Positions 47,520 to 61,066 of a stretch of 64,000 nt of DNA are shown in pieces. Source of the DNA: Tubiluchus corallicola (taxonomy: Eukaryota; Animalia; Priapulida); contig JAQGDQ010000146.1 of NCBI GenBank assembly GCA_030141605.1, positions 4,749 to 68,748 of the forward strand, written 5' to 3'. Made by a program: the position numbers and the translations under genes. Positions within the stretch are counted from its first letter, which is position 1; each line of letters begins with the position of its first letter. The notes below the pieces were generated by a model. The model had not been told where the DNA came from and did no database searches. It saw nothing but the letters and a program-made list of their open reading frames with translations.

Positions 47520-48700
47520 AGTGATTGCGATTCTATTGCATTGATTTTTTAGGCTGGATTGGAATGGATGAAGAATTTGTACTATTTACCAAAGACATGA
47601 TCCTTAAAAACCTACAAGGTGAAGGTACACGTGTTTTGGCCAAGTCTGAATGTGACACTACTTATTTTGCTGATGACACACGAATAAAAGAAACTTTAGA
47701 ATCCAATTCAAAAAATTGTCAGATATTCATGAGCATAAATCCCTTGAGCCTGCTACAAATTTAACAGATTTGGAAAAGGCAGGTGTTGGAAATTTCCATC
47801 ACCTCAACAAAGATAATGCCTATTTGAAGCCAGACAGTACAAGAGAAACTAATATTTCAGGTAAGTTGGTGTTGCCATTGTACAGCTGTAAGATGCATAT
47901 CGAAGCAATAAATAAAATTTTGTGGGAATTACATTTAGCTTTTACACATATGAAAATTTTTGAAATATAAATTAAGATCTGTATTACAGTACTTATTAAG
48001 TCAAGACTATAAAGCACAAAATCAGGATTAAGGCAACATGGGTCCACTAGTAAAATATATGAAGTTATTAAGCTTAGATTTATCAGCACCATAATTAATT
48101 TGCTATTGTGTGACTTAGAAAGAGTAACATAAATTATGAGAGTTAGACTGATTGCCAATAGGCTAATGTTGACGATAGGCCTATAACATGCACACATTTC
48201 ATCATTAGTGGGTACATTATATGAAGTACAGGCGGCACTAAATAGTAGCATAAATAGCAAAAACGTTATTTTTAAACTGAACATAAAACCGTCAATACCA
48301 ATGAAATTCAGTCGGGAAACTCGAAATAAATTTGTTTGCTACAACGGGAGCTTCTTAGATACAAATTTTAATTACAGAAAATTGTTTAAGAACTTTTGCA
48401 CAGCGTTACTAATGAGCTCATTCAATTGTTCTTTCTTTTCAGGGTCACAATTTGATGCAGGCGAGCCAGTGGTTGGGGTGCTAATCTGTTTTGGTTGCTT
48501 GTGTAGTACCTGTGCGTATGTGCTAATATGTTGTTTATTATTCACGAGTAGGTCTTGATCAGTGGTGTTGTTGTTTGTTGTAATGTAACAATCCTGATCA
48601 GGTACCAGCGATGGCAGCAAAGCCGGTCTTCTCAATGTTTGCTGTAGTATAAAATTATCATTCATTTCCTTGCTTTTGTGTAATTGACGCTGTTTGTCCT
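47520..48700 (-). mobile_element. Degraded LINE 5' part (ORF1 end and endonuclease-like)
   Basis: Broken ORFs with YAQVL, CYRP and DH-type endonuclease-like fragments; many stops. Confidence 0.4.
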
Positions 48701-49309
48701 ATAATGGGCTTTACTGGCCTACTATTATACCGTTTAGGCGCAATTCACCTTTTATTGTCACTGGTCAAGCAGTGGTGGTATACTGGCTGTGAAACAGGTT
48801 TTACTCACGGTTTTTGCTTTCTAGTTTTTACTCAATGTTCAGGGAAGCAGTTATCTATTCATGTTTCTATAGTTCAATAAACATTTTTCTGTTGTGTGCA
48901 GTACAAATATTTATTATAGATTTTAGGTTCTTAAACCATACTTCTCTGTGTCTAAACTCAACAACTTCGAAAATGACTTTCACGGTTCTTATCATTTTTG
49001 TCGTTGTTGTTATTTTTAGGTGTTGTTCTTCTTTACAATTTGTTGAATCTAGTGAAAGAATATCGTGCTGGCGAATTGTGTAATATGTGTAAAAACTTGG
49101 AGTGTTTACTGGTGAAAGAATCACAGAAAGTTGGTAAAAAGATATCGCGCACATAGATTCATAGGCAAAATTGGCCTATTTGTATACTTTTGGAGTTGCT
49201 TGATACTGCCAGACTAAAAGACCTAGTTTATAGGCAAGTACGTTTTGTTAAACACCTTGAAGGATCTTTTGTATCTTTTCACATCTCCTACAGTTAGAAC
49301 AATAAAACT

Positions 49310-50470
49310 ATGAGTACGAAAAAACTTGCTGTCGTCACTGGTGTGATTTTTACCTTAACAATGGCTGTCTTGTATAATTCATGGACCATAAATCCACAGT
49401 TACTTGACGCAAGACGTTTTAGCCCGACTTCAGAAAGAGTTGAAAGCTATTATTCTTCCTTCACTAGTAACCTAACAGTTTCACCTACCCGGAAATTAAT
49501 TTTGTTTTGGAATAAGTTCCACAGAGATGATTTTTTTGGTTTTGGAAAAGGAAGTAAGCCTTTTGAAATGTGTGACATGTGGGATAGAAATTGTGAAACA
49601 ACAAATGACAAGTCTCGCTTGAATGAAAGTGATGCGGTTGTTGTGCACATGAGAAATACAGAAGAGAGCAATCTTACTCCTTTCCCTGTTTACCGACCAC
49701 CAGGACAAAGATGGGTTTTCTTTTTGTGGGAAACACCAATCAGAATGTTTCCCAACACAAAAGGAAAAATCCCAGATTTGTCACATTTAAATGACTTTTT
49801 TAACTGGACGATGACATATCGTCTAGATTCTGACTTTCCTCGCGTCCATGGAGAAGTTGTCTCACGTCCTTCACCTCGTGTTGAGATTGTTAAAAATTAC
49901 GCTAAAGGAAAGACAAAACTAGTGGCTTGGTTCGTAAGTGACTGCAACAAAGATTATACTGGGCGAATAGAATATGCCAAAGAGTTACAGAAATACATCT
50001 CTGTTGATGTATATGGCAAATGTGGTAACCTAACATGTCCGAAAAAAGGCCGTTATTGTGATAAGATGTTAAAACGCGACTATAAATTTTATTTGTCATT
50101 TGAAAATTCTTACTGTCGTGACTATATTACAGAGAAAGTTTATAACAGGTTAATGTTCAGAAATGTGATTCCCGTAGTGAGAGGTGCTGCTGATTACACA
50201 AAGTTAACCCCACCACATTCAGTAATCAATACAGCAGATTTTGATTCAGCTAAAAAACTTGCCGAATACCTCTTGTATTTGGATAAGAACGACACTGCTT
50301 ATTCACGATATTTTGCCTGGAAGCAGAATTATTCCATAGCAAGAAAAGCAAAGCGAAGCTTCTGCTATTTGTGCAAAAAACTGAATAATCCGAGTGAACC
50401 AGCAAAAACATACAACATACAAGACTGGTGGGTAAAGCAAGGAAATTGCACCGAGATACAAAGACAATAA
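49310..50470 (+). CDS. Alpha-1,3-fucosyltransferase (GT10), intronless CDS
   Basis: N-terminal signal anchor; FNWTMTYRLDSD, VAWFVSDC, VDVYGKCG and the GT10 signature YKFYLSFENSYCRDYITEK; cctacag acceptor before the ATG; AATAAA near 50606. Confidence 0.95.
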   Translation: MSTKKLAVVTGVIFTLTMAVLYNSWTINPQLLDARRFSPTSERVESYYSSFTSNLTVSPTRKLILFWNKFHRDDFFGFGKGSKPFEMCDMWDRNCETTNDKSRLNESDAVVVHMRNTEESNLTPFPVYRPPGQRWVFFLWETPIRMFPNTKGKIPDLSHLNDFFNWTMTYRLDSDFPRVHGEVVSRPSPRVEIVKNYAKGKTKLVAWFVSDCNKDYTGRIEYAKELQKYISVDVYGKCGNLTCPKKGRYCDKMLKRDYKFYLSFENSYCRDYITEKVYNRLMFRNVIPVVRGAADYTKLTPPHSVINTADFDSAKKLAEYLLYLDKNDTAYSRYFAWKQNYSIARKAKRSFCYLCKKLNNPSEPAKTYNIQDWWVKQGNCTEIQRQ

Positions 50471-51299
50471 GGTTGTACACGAACCATAACCATCATCCTA
50501 TTGGTATTTTTATATGTACTGTTTGCTTAATCTTCTGTGAGTTGTTTTCTGTTTCTGATCATTATGGGCGTGGTTATCATTTTGAAAATATACTGTCATT
50601 TGCAGAATAAAATACAACTTTGCCTATTCTTCTTCAGATATAGTACTAACACTAATAACTGGTGATGCCTATGACGATGATGATGATGATGGTGGTGGTG
50701 ATGATGATGCCTTTATTATCAGTACTTCGTTTGCTGAAAGCATGAAAAACAGCCAACATCTCTTTACCACAAGTACAAAGAATGAAATCTTTGCAAGTCA
50801 CCAAGCAAAATATAAATGATTTGACTGAGACAAGCCCAACCAGCCAAAAGCAACTGAAGTGTCATAGAAGATTCGTTGAACTTCTGTGTGGCAAAGATGG
50901 CATACATCAGATGTAGCTAAATGCACTAAGATATAATTGCATGAAAAATATCTCCTAGCTGCCATTGGCACAAAATGTTATTAATTGTTACTTTGAAATA
51001 ATTTAGTCAGTAGAAGAGGCACCATTCAACAAGTACAGCCACAGTACAGCAAAAAACTTTTTCCATAATATATCCATATCCGTAACATTACTGTGCCATT
51101 TTTAAATAATAAAAATCATTTACTTGAAACTAGCCACAAAATGTAAAAACAGTGAATATAAAATGGCATCCGATCTAGTAGAAAAAACTGTTTGCTAAGT
51201 TAAGCAGAGTAGTGCCAATGAGTTTAATTTTTGTAGTGCTAAGTGAAAAGTTTATTTTGTTTATCTATGTAATTGTTATCTCACAGGCTACTATAGTAG

Positions 51300-53888
51300 T
51301 GCCATCTACTGTCAACTTGTTCATCAAAGGAAGAAACCAGGGACATGAATTTGACAGGCGTACTTCCTTATTTGGCAAGTTTGACCACCAATCCTGAGTG
51401 ATGATAAGTAGGACATTCACAGCTGCTACTCTTTATAACCTGTTTGATTGGTCAGGTTTAGGTGATGAACCAACCTTTACTTGTTATGCAGCCATTCAGC
51501 TGAGAGCAAACAGGTTTGACCTGGAAAAACGAGGCCACAGAGCAAGGTGTAAAAAGTGTGGCTTTGCAAGATGGTTGCTCTATTTGAGTTTTATCAGTTC
51601 TTAGTTTAAAGGACAATATTGCATTTATTGATGGAATTTCCTCAGCAGAAACAGAGTACTTTTACAATGGTTATACTCAGTCTTTGTGATCCTGGGCTGT
51701 CCATTATTTAGGAAGCCCCTAGAGACTTTGTCGTTTATGGTGGAGGAGACCAGGTCGTGAAATGGACTATTGGTAGTTCTCAGAGAATCAGCCTGTGGTC
51801 GGTCTTCCTGTCAGTGCCTTCAGATACGCCGGACTTGATACAGCGCATTCCTCAGTTGATGGAGTAAATGCCACGCCTGCTGTCACCTCATTGTCTGACC
51901 CTGAAGTTACCGTTTGTGAGCCTGCCGTCAGACTGTTCCAGTACACGCCGCCGTCGACAGCGACAGTGACGAGGTTAGGCTAGCTAGCCAACGTGTGCAC
52001 AGAGACTCACGATAAGTACAGTTTGTGGTGTTTGTGGTACACTTAAAAATCCCTGGTAAAATTAAAGACAGTAGTTAAAACTATAATTTGTAGTATATCT
52101 TTGTTTATTAATTCTCAAATGTGTTTTTCTGATGTTAAATAATATTGAGTTTATAGCTAATTGGTCGTTTGTCTATCTGTTCTGATAATGTTAGATTCTC
52201 ACGTTAAGGAAGCTCGCCAGAGACCCACAGCCTTAGATCAAATAAAGCTTACTGTTTCTTTAAGTATTTATGGTGTGTTAGCATCAGTGTGGTAGTGATA
52301 ATCTTGCCATCCTGACATAAACACATTTACAGCATTTTAGGCCAAACGGATTATCACAGTGGTGTCAGAATTTTTGCTGTGTCTGACCTCATTTACACTT
52401 CCTGTTCAGCGAGTATTTTAACGTTATCAGAACGTCTGTTTTGACTGCGCTACTCCGATATTTTAAGGTATAGAAGCCATACTAGGTAGGCTTGCAGTAG
52501 TAAGCTAAAGTTAAAGCAAATATAATATTTTACTCTCAAGCTGCAATTTACCTTCCCAATGTATTTCTACTTGCTTGAATTGCTGTAGTGAAAACTTTCC
52601 TTTCGGTCGAGAAAAACGTTTATTTTCGTTAAACAGGTCAAGAATAATTTATCACAAAACTTTTATTTGGAGGAGGCATGAGACGCTTGCTTCTTAAAGC
52701 TGCTAAATGAACATCGCAGCATTATTTGGCTTCATTGCTGCGCTGTTAGTGTTAGTTTTGTTTAAATTATCCTTGTTGGTCAATTCTTAATAGCATAAAC
52801 AGGGTAACTTGGTACTGCGTGAGTGGTTAGAAGTTGACCTTGAATGATTGTCAGAGCGATTGATCTTTGCCGCTCTTGTGTGGAGGCGTGACTGTAATAT
52901 AGCAATCACAGCTCCTGCTGTGTAAATAAATAAATACTTTTATTGCTCAATTCCAGTGCAACTATTAAAACATAGAACAATAATAATAATATTAATGGCG
53001 GAGCATGTTTCTCTAGCTCAGCTGACACAAATGAAAAGAGATGACTTGTTTGAAGTTGCCAGAAAATTAGGCCTAGATTTTGAGTCCTCAGTTACTCAGC
53101 TGAGTGCTCAGCTGGTGGAACGAATTTATGAAGTCGCAGGTCTCCGTACTACTGTTGAGGAAGTTGATAAAGTGGGGGACACAACTTCAGACCCTGAAAG
53201 TGACCCCGAGGCGGATCCAGGTTCTAGTGGACCAACTGATATGCCTGTTCAACAGAAATATGCACAGGTGGGAGAGAGTAGAGATTTAAGCGTAAAGCCC
53301 AAGCCCTTGGGCACTACAAAACCTACAATGGGGACGCCTGTTGCAGGCTATAGTGCTCACGGTTCTGATTTGGATGCCACTGCTCATACTCCGCCCCCTT
53401 TGCTGTTTCGCGATGCAACGATGGCTGGACAGTCTCTCCTCCATGCACCTCCCTCTGGATATAGTATGCCAGACGTCTCTTTGGAAGCTTTGTCTGCTGT
53501 AACAGATAACCCAGCTCAAGTTTTACTTTTACTTCAGCAACTCCGGGCTGAACAAGTGCGAGATGAGTGTAGATTAGCGGAAATGCAGCTGGAGATGAAA
53601 AAGTTGGAATTTTCTGCAGCACACACTGCGCAGTCAAACCCTGCTCATGGTTCTGCCATTAACTCAAGCTTGGATACGCCCAATATCTCGACTGCTAACG
53701 TAATAAAACGTCTCAAGTTTCGCATGTATGACGAAACAACGGAGGATATTGAGATTTTCTTGGACTGTTTTGCACAGTCAGCTACTGCTAATGCTATTCC
53801 CCAGAAATGCTGGGCAGCGTCCTTAGGCCCTGTTCTAACTGGAAAAGCTGCCATAACTTACCAGCAGGTCCCACTTGAGCAACTATGA
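51300..53888 (+). mobile_element. Truncated Ty3/gypsy-type LTR element (5' LTR, PBS, partial gag); left boundary uncertain
   Basis: LTR-like end TTATCACA at 52358 followed by TGGTGTCAGAA (tRNA-Leu-type PBS, partial match); downstream gag ORF. Confidence 0.65.
52995..53888 (+). pseudogene. Gypsy gag N-terminal fragment
   Basis: EDIEIFLDCFAQSATANAIPQKCWAASLGPVLTGKAAITYQQV is a typical gypsy (Gmr1/SCAN-associated) capsid N-terminal motif; ORF stops right after; no pol. Confidence 0.75.
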
Positions 53889-54554
53889 GTTTCTACAAGA
53901 GATTTGTTTTTGAACTTCCGAGGTATAGAATTCCAAATTCAGCACAGATGCAATGACTAGTAATAGCCAGTTTTCTTTTGACTTTACAAAACGTTACAAC
54001 TAAACAAATAGATTTACTAATAATGCCACAACATACAGAGAAAAATTAACGGAATGATTACTTATTTACGTCAAATCATTTGTGATAAAATCAGTCAGTG
54101 TAATAAATTGTCACAAATAAAATTACAATACATACTGAAAGTAAAAAAAGAAAAAACAAATTGGTTCTGGTTGAGACACGTATACACAAAAACAAAGTGT
54201 ATAGGCTGAACAAATAATAATTATAATGAATGGATGATGCATGCACAGTAAGTACATTTAAGTTGGATAAATATTGGAGGAAACAGAACATCAACATGTC
54301 TAAATAAAACACCTAGCATTAATGCATTGCTTTGTTAATGGTGTAGCATTACAACATTAATGACAAGTAGCTGATGCCATTATCAAACAAATGAAGGAAG
54401 CCCGGTGACAATAATGATTAGTGTTACTATTAGCACAGCATGCACATATAACGAGCAATCATGGAACAGGATCCATATATAGTTGTTACACGTAAAGCTG
54501 AAGTGTTAGAAAAACTGTTCATATGTTCAATAAAGGAATATTAAGTATTTTGGT

Positions 54555-55270
54555 TCATATCTTTAGCGTATTACACAAATGCCGCGAGTAGAATCTGTAC
54601 AGTTGCAACTTTCTTAGTTTTTGTTCATAGTTTAGGCTGTTGAGTTCTGTTGCACGATCTTGTAATGTCTCGCGTAGATTCGTGTATTTAATAAACTGAG
54701 GATTCCATACTTGTTTGAGGTATTCCAGATGTTGACATACCAGTTTCTTGTAGTGTAGAAACATAACTCTTGTGCTGGCATAAACGTTTTGGCTGTCAGG
54801 CCTCAGTTTTTGTTCACAATGTGATTACAGAAGTTCTGTGTACTATCGGATAAAACTCTAAATTTCCGTTTCTACATTCAACAGAAGATCAAGGTTAAAT
54901 GTACAGCAAGCCAAACAAGTGCTTCCGTCAACATGAAGAGATTTACATTTGGAATCTTGAGCATAAAACTTCATTAACGTGCCAAGGTCTTGCTGAAGTC
55001 ATTGGTTCTAAAGATCATCAAGTACGGATCGTGCCAATTTTACATCATCAACAAACATCAATATCTTCGAGACTAGTTTATGGTCGATATCGTCTATGTA
55101 CATTAAAAACAACAAAGGCCCTAACACACTTCCTTGTGGAACCCCGGATACAGATGAAGACTCACAATGGATCTCAGCACCCTGGGTACGATCACTGTGC
55201 TTGAGAAGGTGTAAAATACATTTACAAATGAGAAACATTTGTTGCAGAAAAAATTATTGAATGTCTTCAC
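54555..55270 (-). mobile_element. CR1-type LINE RT remnant
   Basis: SGVPQGSVLGPLLFLMYIDDID..MFVDDVKL and YKKLVCQHLEY..QVWNP. Confidence 0.8.
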
Positions 55271-55307
55271 CAAAAATGCACTTTAAAATGCACGACTATA
55301 GCTCCTA

Positions 55308-56177
55308 ATGCCTGACGCTGATGATAATAATACAACGCACAATTTTACCAGTGAGTTATGGAATAACAACACATTGCCCAGCATAATGATCCTAGTAATC
55401 TTACATCTACTATTAATAATAATTATAATCATTGGTAATTCATTAGTTTTGATCGCAGTTTACAAGCATGAACAACTGCAGACAAAAGTTAATGCACTCA
55501 TTGTGTCCTTAGCTACCACTGACCTGTTAATTGGACTGGTAACATTGCCTTCAAAAATCCCCACCATCTTATACACAACACAACTTCCTCCAGTGTATTA
55601 TACTGTCAGAAAAGTCACTGCCATCGTGACTATAGACTCCGGCATAGTACATTTATGTGTCATAACTGCAGAAAGGTATTTTGCTGTTATGCATCCTTTT
55701 AAATACAGCATTTACTTCACAAAGACAACATTGGCTGTTGTATTATGTTCAACGTGGGTAACTTCATTCCTCCTAGCAAGTCTGGACATTTATCGGCTAC
55801 GACTCGTTTCAGCTGTTGTAACGAAATGCTTGCCAATGCTGCTCATGATTCTTGTGTATTCACTCATCTGGAGGATTGCAAGAAGACAGGTTTTACAAAT
55901 TCACCAGCAAGACCAACAGATGGGCATTAGAGTGACAGAAATGAAAGCGACGAAAATGTTCATCATCGTGACTGTTGCATTTGTTGTTTGCTTTGCACCG
56001 TTTACAGTGTTTTCCATAATCAACCCCAGATGCAACTTCTGCATTTCAAGAACTGCAATGCGATATATAATGCTATTTGGATATTGCAACAGCGGAATCA
56101 ACTCCATCATATATGCGGCATCAAATAAGAGATTTAAAACAGCATTTAGGAAAATAACCAGAGGCGGAGACAATTAA
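55308..56177 (+). CDS. Intronless rhodopsin-class orphan GPCR, copy 1 (289 aa)
   Basis: GN in TM1, SLATTD in TM2, ERY, TM4 W, CFAP, NSGINSIIY, helix 8 F..AF. Confidence 0.92.
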   Translation: MPDADDNNTTHNFTSELWNNNTLPSIMILVILHLLLIIIIIIGNSLVLIAVYKHEQLQTKVNALIVSLATTDLLIGLVTLPSKIPTILYTTQLPPVYYTVRKVTAIVTIDSGIVHLCVITAERYFAVMHPFKYSIYFTKTTLAVVLCSTWVTSFLLASLDIYRLRLVSAVVTKCLPMLLMILVYSLIWRIARRQVLQIHQQDQQMGIRVTEMKATKMFIIVTVAFVVCFAPFTVFSIINPRCNFCISRTAMRYIMLFGYCNSGINSIIYAASNKRFKTAFRKITRGGDN

Positions 56178-57813
56178 ACAACCATCGATGTCCACAATCC
56201 ACTTGGTCTTGAAAAAACTTTCACTCGAGTTCAATATAATCCAAGATGTCTACTATCTCGCCAACTCGAATAATAAGCAATATGTTTTGTGCAGCTCTGC
56301 AAATAGCCCATTTCTGCGGGAGACGAATAACTTAATGAGTACAGTCATGTGGTCACCAAAGATCAGTAAACAAATAGCAGTAAACCAAAGACGCTTTCTG
56401 TACCTCGTATGTCATTCTCGCTCACTCGTGCCAGAGACTTGAAACTTGGCCAAGAACGCATTCGATGTTCGCCAGAAAAAGGCAAGTTATTTAATGTATA
56501 ATTGTCTTTTGTTTAATAATAACTATGAGTTCTTTGTGCAATCTTAATAATGCATTAAAAAATTGTATGTCTGTTGGGGTTATATAGGCCTTTAAATGAA
56601 TCATAAACTAATTATTTCCAAAAAACCGTGGTTGCTACGATTTCTAGCTATACTGGTTTGAAAAATCTTGAGACGCCATACTGTCTCAAATCATTTCAAT
56701 ACAGAGTTTAGCTGAGCTGTTTATACAGTTTCAGAAAATCGACAGTACAACTTCCTGAGGTCTGCAGCGACGTTCATCATTCTATTTGCTGCTGAAAACA
56801 ACGGACGTCTTGACAGAAATTGTTCTAATACTGAGGTCACGTGATTGCAACGTGATCTCCTACAGGCTCCAGAAGAAGCAGAGCTAATTGAAATTTTCCC
56901 CCAACCGTTCAATATTCAGCGTACAATGCTTTCCTCCCCAAGGGCCATGCGTTATCAGCTCACAGCAAATGAGTTCATTCTTTTTCAAAAATACGGGCTA
57001 TATAACACTTGCTTTGTTGACGAACAGCCAGTGACTTGCGCTAAAGTGAGTACTGCTGGCTGAAGCAGGTTTGCAAAATGGCGTAACCTACTAGTTTACG
57101 TTTCTAACAGTTTGCAGGAACAACTGTCCTGTAGTTCTGGTTTAAACCGTTAATCTAGCAAACTTTATTGCACGTGCTTATCGATGACTAAAGAAAACCA
57201 ATTGCAGAATCCAGTCTTTTCTTGTGCAAATTGTAGTTGATCAAGAGCTGTGGAATGAGGATATCTCAACGCTTACTATAGCAGCTTTCTGTTCCTATTT
57301 CAAATATAAGTGGCACTTTGATAAACCTAATATGCATTATAATGACAATTATTTTTTGCCTCTTGATCTGTTGAATTCGTTCCACAATTGCCATTATACT
57401 TCGTATGTGAGCTAGAAGACAAACAATGGATAAAGAGCTACATACATTGCACTATCCAAAAAAAATCTTATTGTTCATAGTGACTATGAGACTATAATGA
57501 TCCACAGTGACTATCATGTTGACTCCTATTTCCCAACACCATGTTGGCAAATATGGCAAATTGCTGTTACCAATTATGAACAGCTTTATAATAGAAATAA
57601 TTGCTAATGACAACTATTCACAAAAACAGCTGCTAGGAATGGGTATAATATGAAATGCATACTTATGTGGCAGCAAACAGAGGTGTGATACTGTAGACCA
57701 GATGTGCAGACTTTCTGATGCGTTGCATCAAATATTTGCATTTCTCAACATAAAAATTAAAAAAAGTTAAAAAAGTAAAGGTTAGTGTTACTGTTTAATG
57801 ACAGCACCTGACA

Positions 57814-58710
57814 ATGCCATCCGAAAATGATACTCTGATAGGAAACACAACTGACGAAGTGAATTACGAGGAAGATTGGTTTATACTAACTGTTGCAGCA
57901 TTCTTAGCATGGTTGATCATCATTACAGTTGTTGGAAACTTGCTTGTCTTAATTGCAATTTACAAGTATGAGCAGTTGCAAACAAGAACGAATGCACTGA
58001 TCGTATCACTTGCTGTAACAGATCTGCTATTTGGACTGATATCAATACCAATTGAATTTGTCACTGTAATATATGTTAGACGTGTTAACGTTCTAGGTAA
58101 AAGCCTTGAAGAAAATTTTGTTGCAATGGTTGTTGTAGACTATATAGTTGTTGTTGTTGCCTTGGTTGCTCTAAACTGCAGCTTACTGCACTTATGCTTA
58201 ATTGCTGTTGAGAGATATGTAGCCATTTTGCATCCTTACAAATACAATATTTGTTTTACAAAGAGAACATTGATAATGCTATTATCCATTACATGGCTCT
58301 CGAGCATTATTTTAGCGTGCATAGAAATGGTAGACGGCACCACGATTTTTTCCTGTATTTTGACCTGTTTACAAGCAACAATTATAGTCTCACTGTATGC
58401 ATTAATATGGCGGGCAGCAAGAAAGCAAATCTTGCAAATTGGTTCTGAAAACCGACAAACTGGAACAAGAGTGATGGACATGAAAGCAACAAAAACTTTA
58501 ACTATAATCACTGTTGCATTTTTCATTTGTTGGGGTCCACTCTTAATTATGACAACAATCTTCATAAGCTGTCCATTGTGCATATCAGATATTGCTGAAA
58601 AAATAGCAGTATGCATGAGCTTTTCAAACAGTGCAGTCAACCCTTTCATATATGCAGCAACAAACAGCAAATTTAGAACAGCATTCAAGAAGATTCTTAG
58701 ATGCGTGTAA
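57814..58710 (+). CDS. Intronless rhodopsin-class orphan GPCR, copy 2 (298 aa)
   Basis: GNLLV, SLAVTD, ERY, CWGP, NSAVNPFIY; paralogue of 55308-56177. Confidence 0.93.
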   Translation: MPSENDTLIGNTTDEVNYEEDWFILTVAAFLAWLIIITVVGNLLVLIAIYKYEQLQTRTNALIVSLAVTDLLFGLISIPIEFVTVIYVRRVNVLGKSLEENFVAMVVVDYIVVVVALVALNCSLLHLCLIAVERYVAILHPYKYNICFTKRTLIMLLSITWLSSIILACIEMVDGTTIFSCILTCLQATIIVSLYALIWRAARKQILQIGSENRQTGTRVMDMKATKTLTIITVAFFICWGPLLIMTTIFISCPLCISDIAEKIAVCMSFSNSAVNPFIYAATNSKFRTAFKKILRCV

Positions 58711-60309
58711 AAATAATTACAAAGTACGTTGTTGTCTCAGTTTTACTTGAACGATCAATGTGTTTCTGTAACTTATGATTGACTAAGTGTCACCTGGCCA
58801 GGCACGACTAATCAGAATGATATCTATAGGAAAGATTTTGGAATTATGAAAACCAAACTGTGCAACTGTGATGCGCAACTGTAAAACCCAAAAGACAAGA
58901 AACCAGAACTAAAGAAAGTTTGAATTTGTAATTATGTAATAACTTAATCAGCACAGTTTCCTTGAACATTCACTGTAAATGTATTGGTAAAGTATTGAAA
59001 CAAGTTGCCCTTTATTATCTGCTATTTGTTGTATAATTTTATTGTGATTCTGAGTAGCAGTAGCAAGTAGCTGGTAGAGTCAACACAGCAGATTCTATCA
59101 GCATGTTATAAAAATTGCATAGCGTAATTCACTTATGAGAAAAAACCACCAGTGCTGTATATTATTAATCACATACATTCATTACGTACTCTTGTATTAA
59201 TGTTCAATAAACTGTTATCAAAATTATTATGCCTTTCTAGTTTGGTCTTACATTAGTTCGGTCTTACATCATTTACAATAAAAAACAGATATGCAGATTT
59301 TTATCTAGATTAGTCGATTAAATCTGGAAGAATTTTCCCCAGACAAGTGATAAGTAATCGTCGTTAAAACGTTTAGCAAATGAAGCTGTTTGCTCTTTTA
59401 CTTCCCACAAATTTTGTTGATTTTCAAACGTTTGTTTGTTATTTATTCTTCTGAAATCTTCAGATGAAATGAACGCAAAAGACAGTCTAATGACACTTTA
59501 TTAGATTTGGTCAGATTAGGTTAGATTACTGAGATTAGATAAACTTTATTTCATAATTTTTATAATGTGTCATTATATGTCATAATTGAAATTATATATA
59601 TGTCTTGTTTTTTGTATATTTCAAAATTGATATTCTATGTATGTCTTGTATGTATTTTTGGCACTAATAAATAAAAAATATATAGCATGTAAAATTTCAA
59701 TGTGTAAATGTTTGCATTTTTGTTAACAGTTGGCGCCACGTGCGTATAGAGTAGTGTAGGCTTAGAATTAAAAGACCAAGTATGCATATTATATCTTTCA
59801 ATCTGTTTTATCTGAGAAGTTTATTTTGCAGTTCTGTTTGTTCGTTCGTTAATTCGTTCGCATTTTCTTTTATCTGTTCATTTGCTCGTTTCTTTACCCG
59901 ACTATTGTTAATGTTCACTTCTTTGAGGATGTTCACTTCTTTGAGCTTAATAAATGGATGCCCTGAGGCGGACGGATACAAGCATATTTATCCATGTAAG
60001 TAATTTGTAATCAAACACCTGAAATTTTCGCAGATTTTGACTTGGGTTAGGCAGCACTAGAGTAACTGTCACCCCAAGCGTTGTGAACAATACGATAGCA
60101 AGCGTTTTCATCTCATTCGAGTAGCTGCTTACGTGTTTCAGTTGAGAAACCACTTACAGGCTTATAACAAACAGATAAAAGGTGGAGAAAATTACAGAAA
60201 CTGCTGCAGGCACAAGTGTATCTCAGTATCATTCAATTTACTGTGTAAGAGAAAAACGCTGCGGTTTAGTAATTGTACGTCGCAAATGTTGAGAATTATA
60301 AAATAGGCG

Positions 60310-60311
<2 letters not shown>

Positions 60312-60371
<60 letters not shown>

Positions 60372-60434
60372 CCTCTCTCTCTTTCTCTCTCTTTCTCTAT
60401 CTCCCCTCTCTCTCTCTCTCTCCCTCTCCCTCTT

Positions 60435-60473
<39 letters not shown>

Positions 60474-60548
60474 ATCTCCTTCTCTCTCTCTTTCTCCCCC
60501 CTCTCTCTCTCCTCCTCCTCCTCTGCCTGCCTGCCTGTCTATCTGTCC
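60312..60548. repeat. (CT)n microsatellite
   Basis: Direct reading. Confidence 0.95.
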
Positions 60549-60895
60549 TGCCCACCATCGCCAGTCTCCAAACAGATACTCCACGACTCGGCAACACGAT
60601 CCTTTGTCCACAGCTTCATTCATTCTCTAACTCTTACTCTATTGTACGCGGCGATCTATATATCAAATAAAAGGTCTCGATCTAGTGCAGTGTCATAGGG
60701 GTTTATTTTTTGAATCGGGCCCACTCGGATGCATGTGTGTCTTGTTGTAAGACTTTATGTAATTACGTTCGCTTTTTCAGGATCATGCATTAGTCAAAAA
60801 TTTCCTCAAACGCACTATTACAGCACGGTGCTTTAATTGTGTCTTATTTTGCTTTACGTGTTTTGGATTACAACTTTTTTGAAACCATTTTACGT

Positions 60896-61066
60896 TTGAT
60901 CTTTAACATGTCCCAGGGTCACCCAAGAGCTTGGTATTTATTTGGTTTATTTTAGTCAAACTATCACACAAGACAACGTTCCTGTAGTTTTGTTTTGACT
61001 CAACAGTCGCACAGAGAACAATAACGACGATGCAAAAGAAACGACGTGTTATGAGCAGCAGCTAAA
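60896..61066. repeat. Dispersed repeat, copy A (copy B at 63296-63432 and 63724-63770)
   Basis: TTTAACATGTCCC..CCCAAGAGCTTGGT..GTCGCACAGAGAACAATAA..GTGTTATGAGCAGCAGCTAAAA shared by both copies. Confidence 0.85.
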
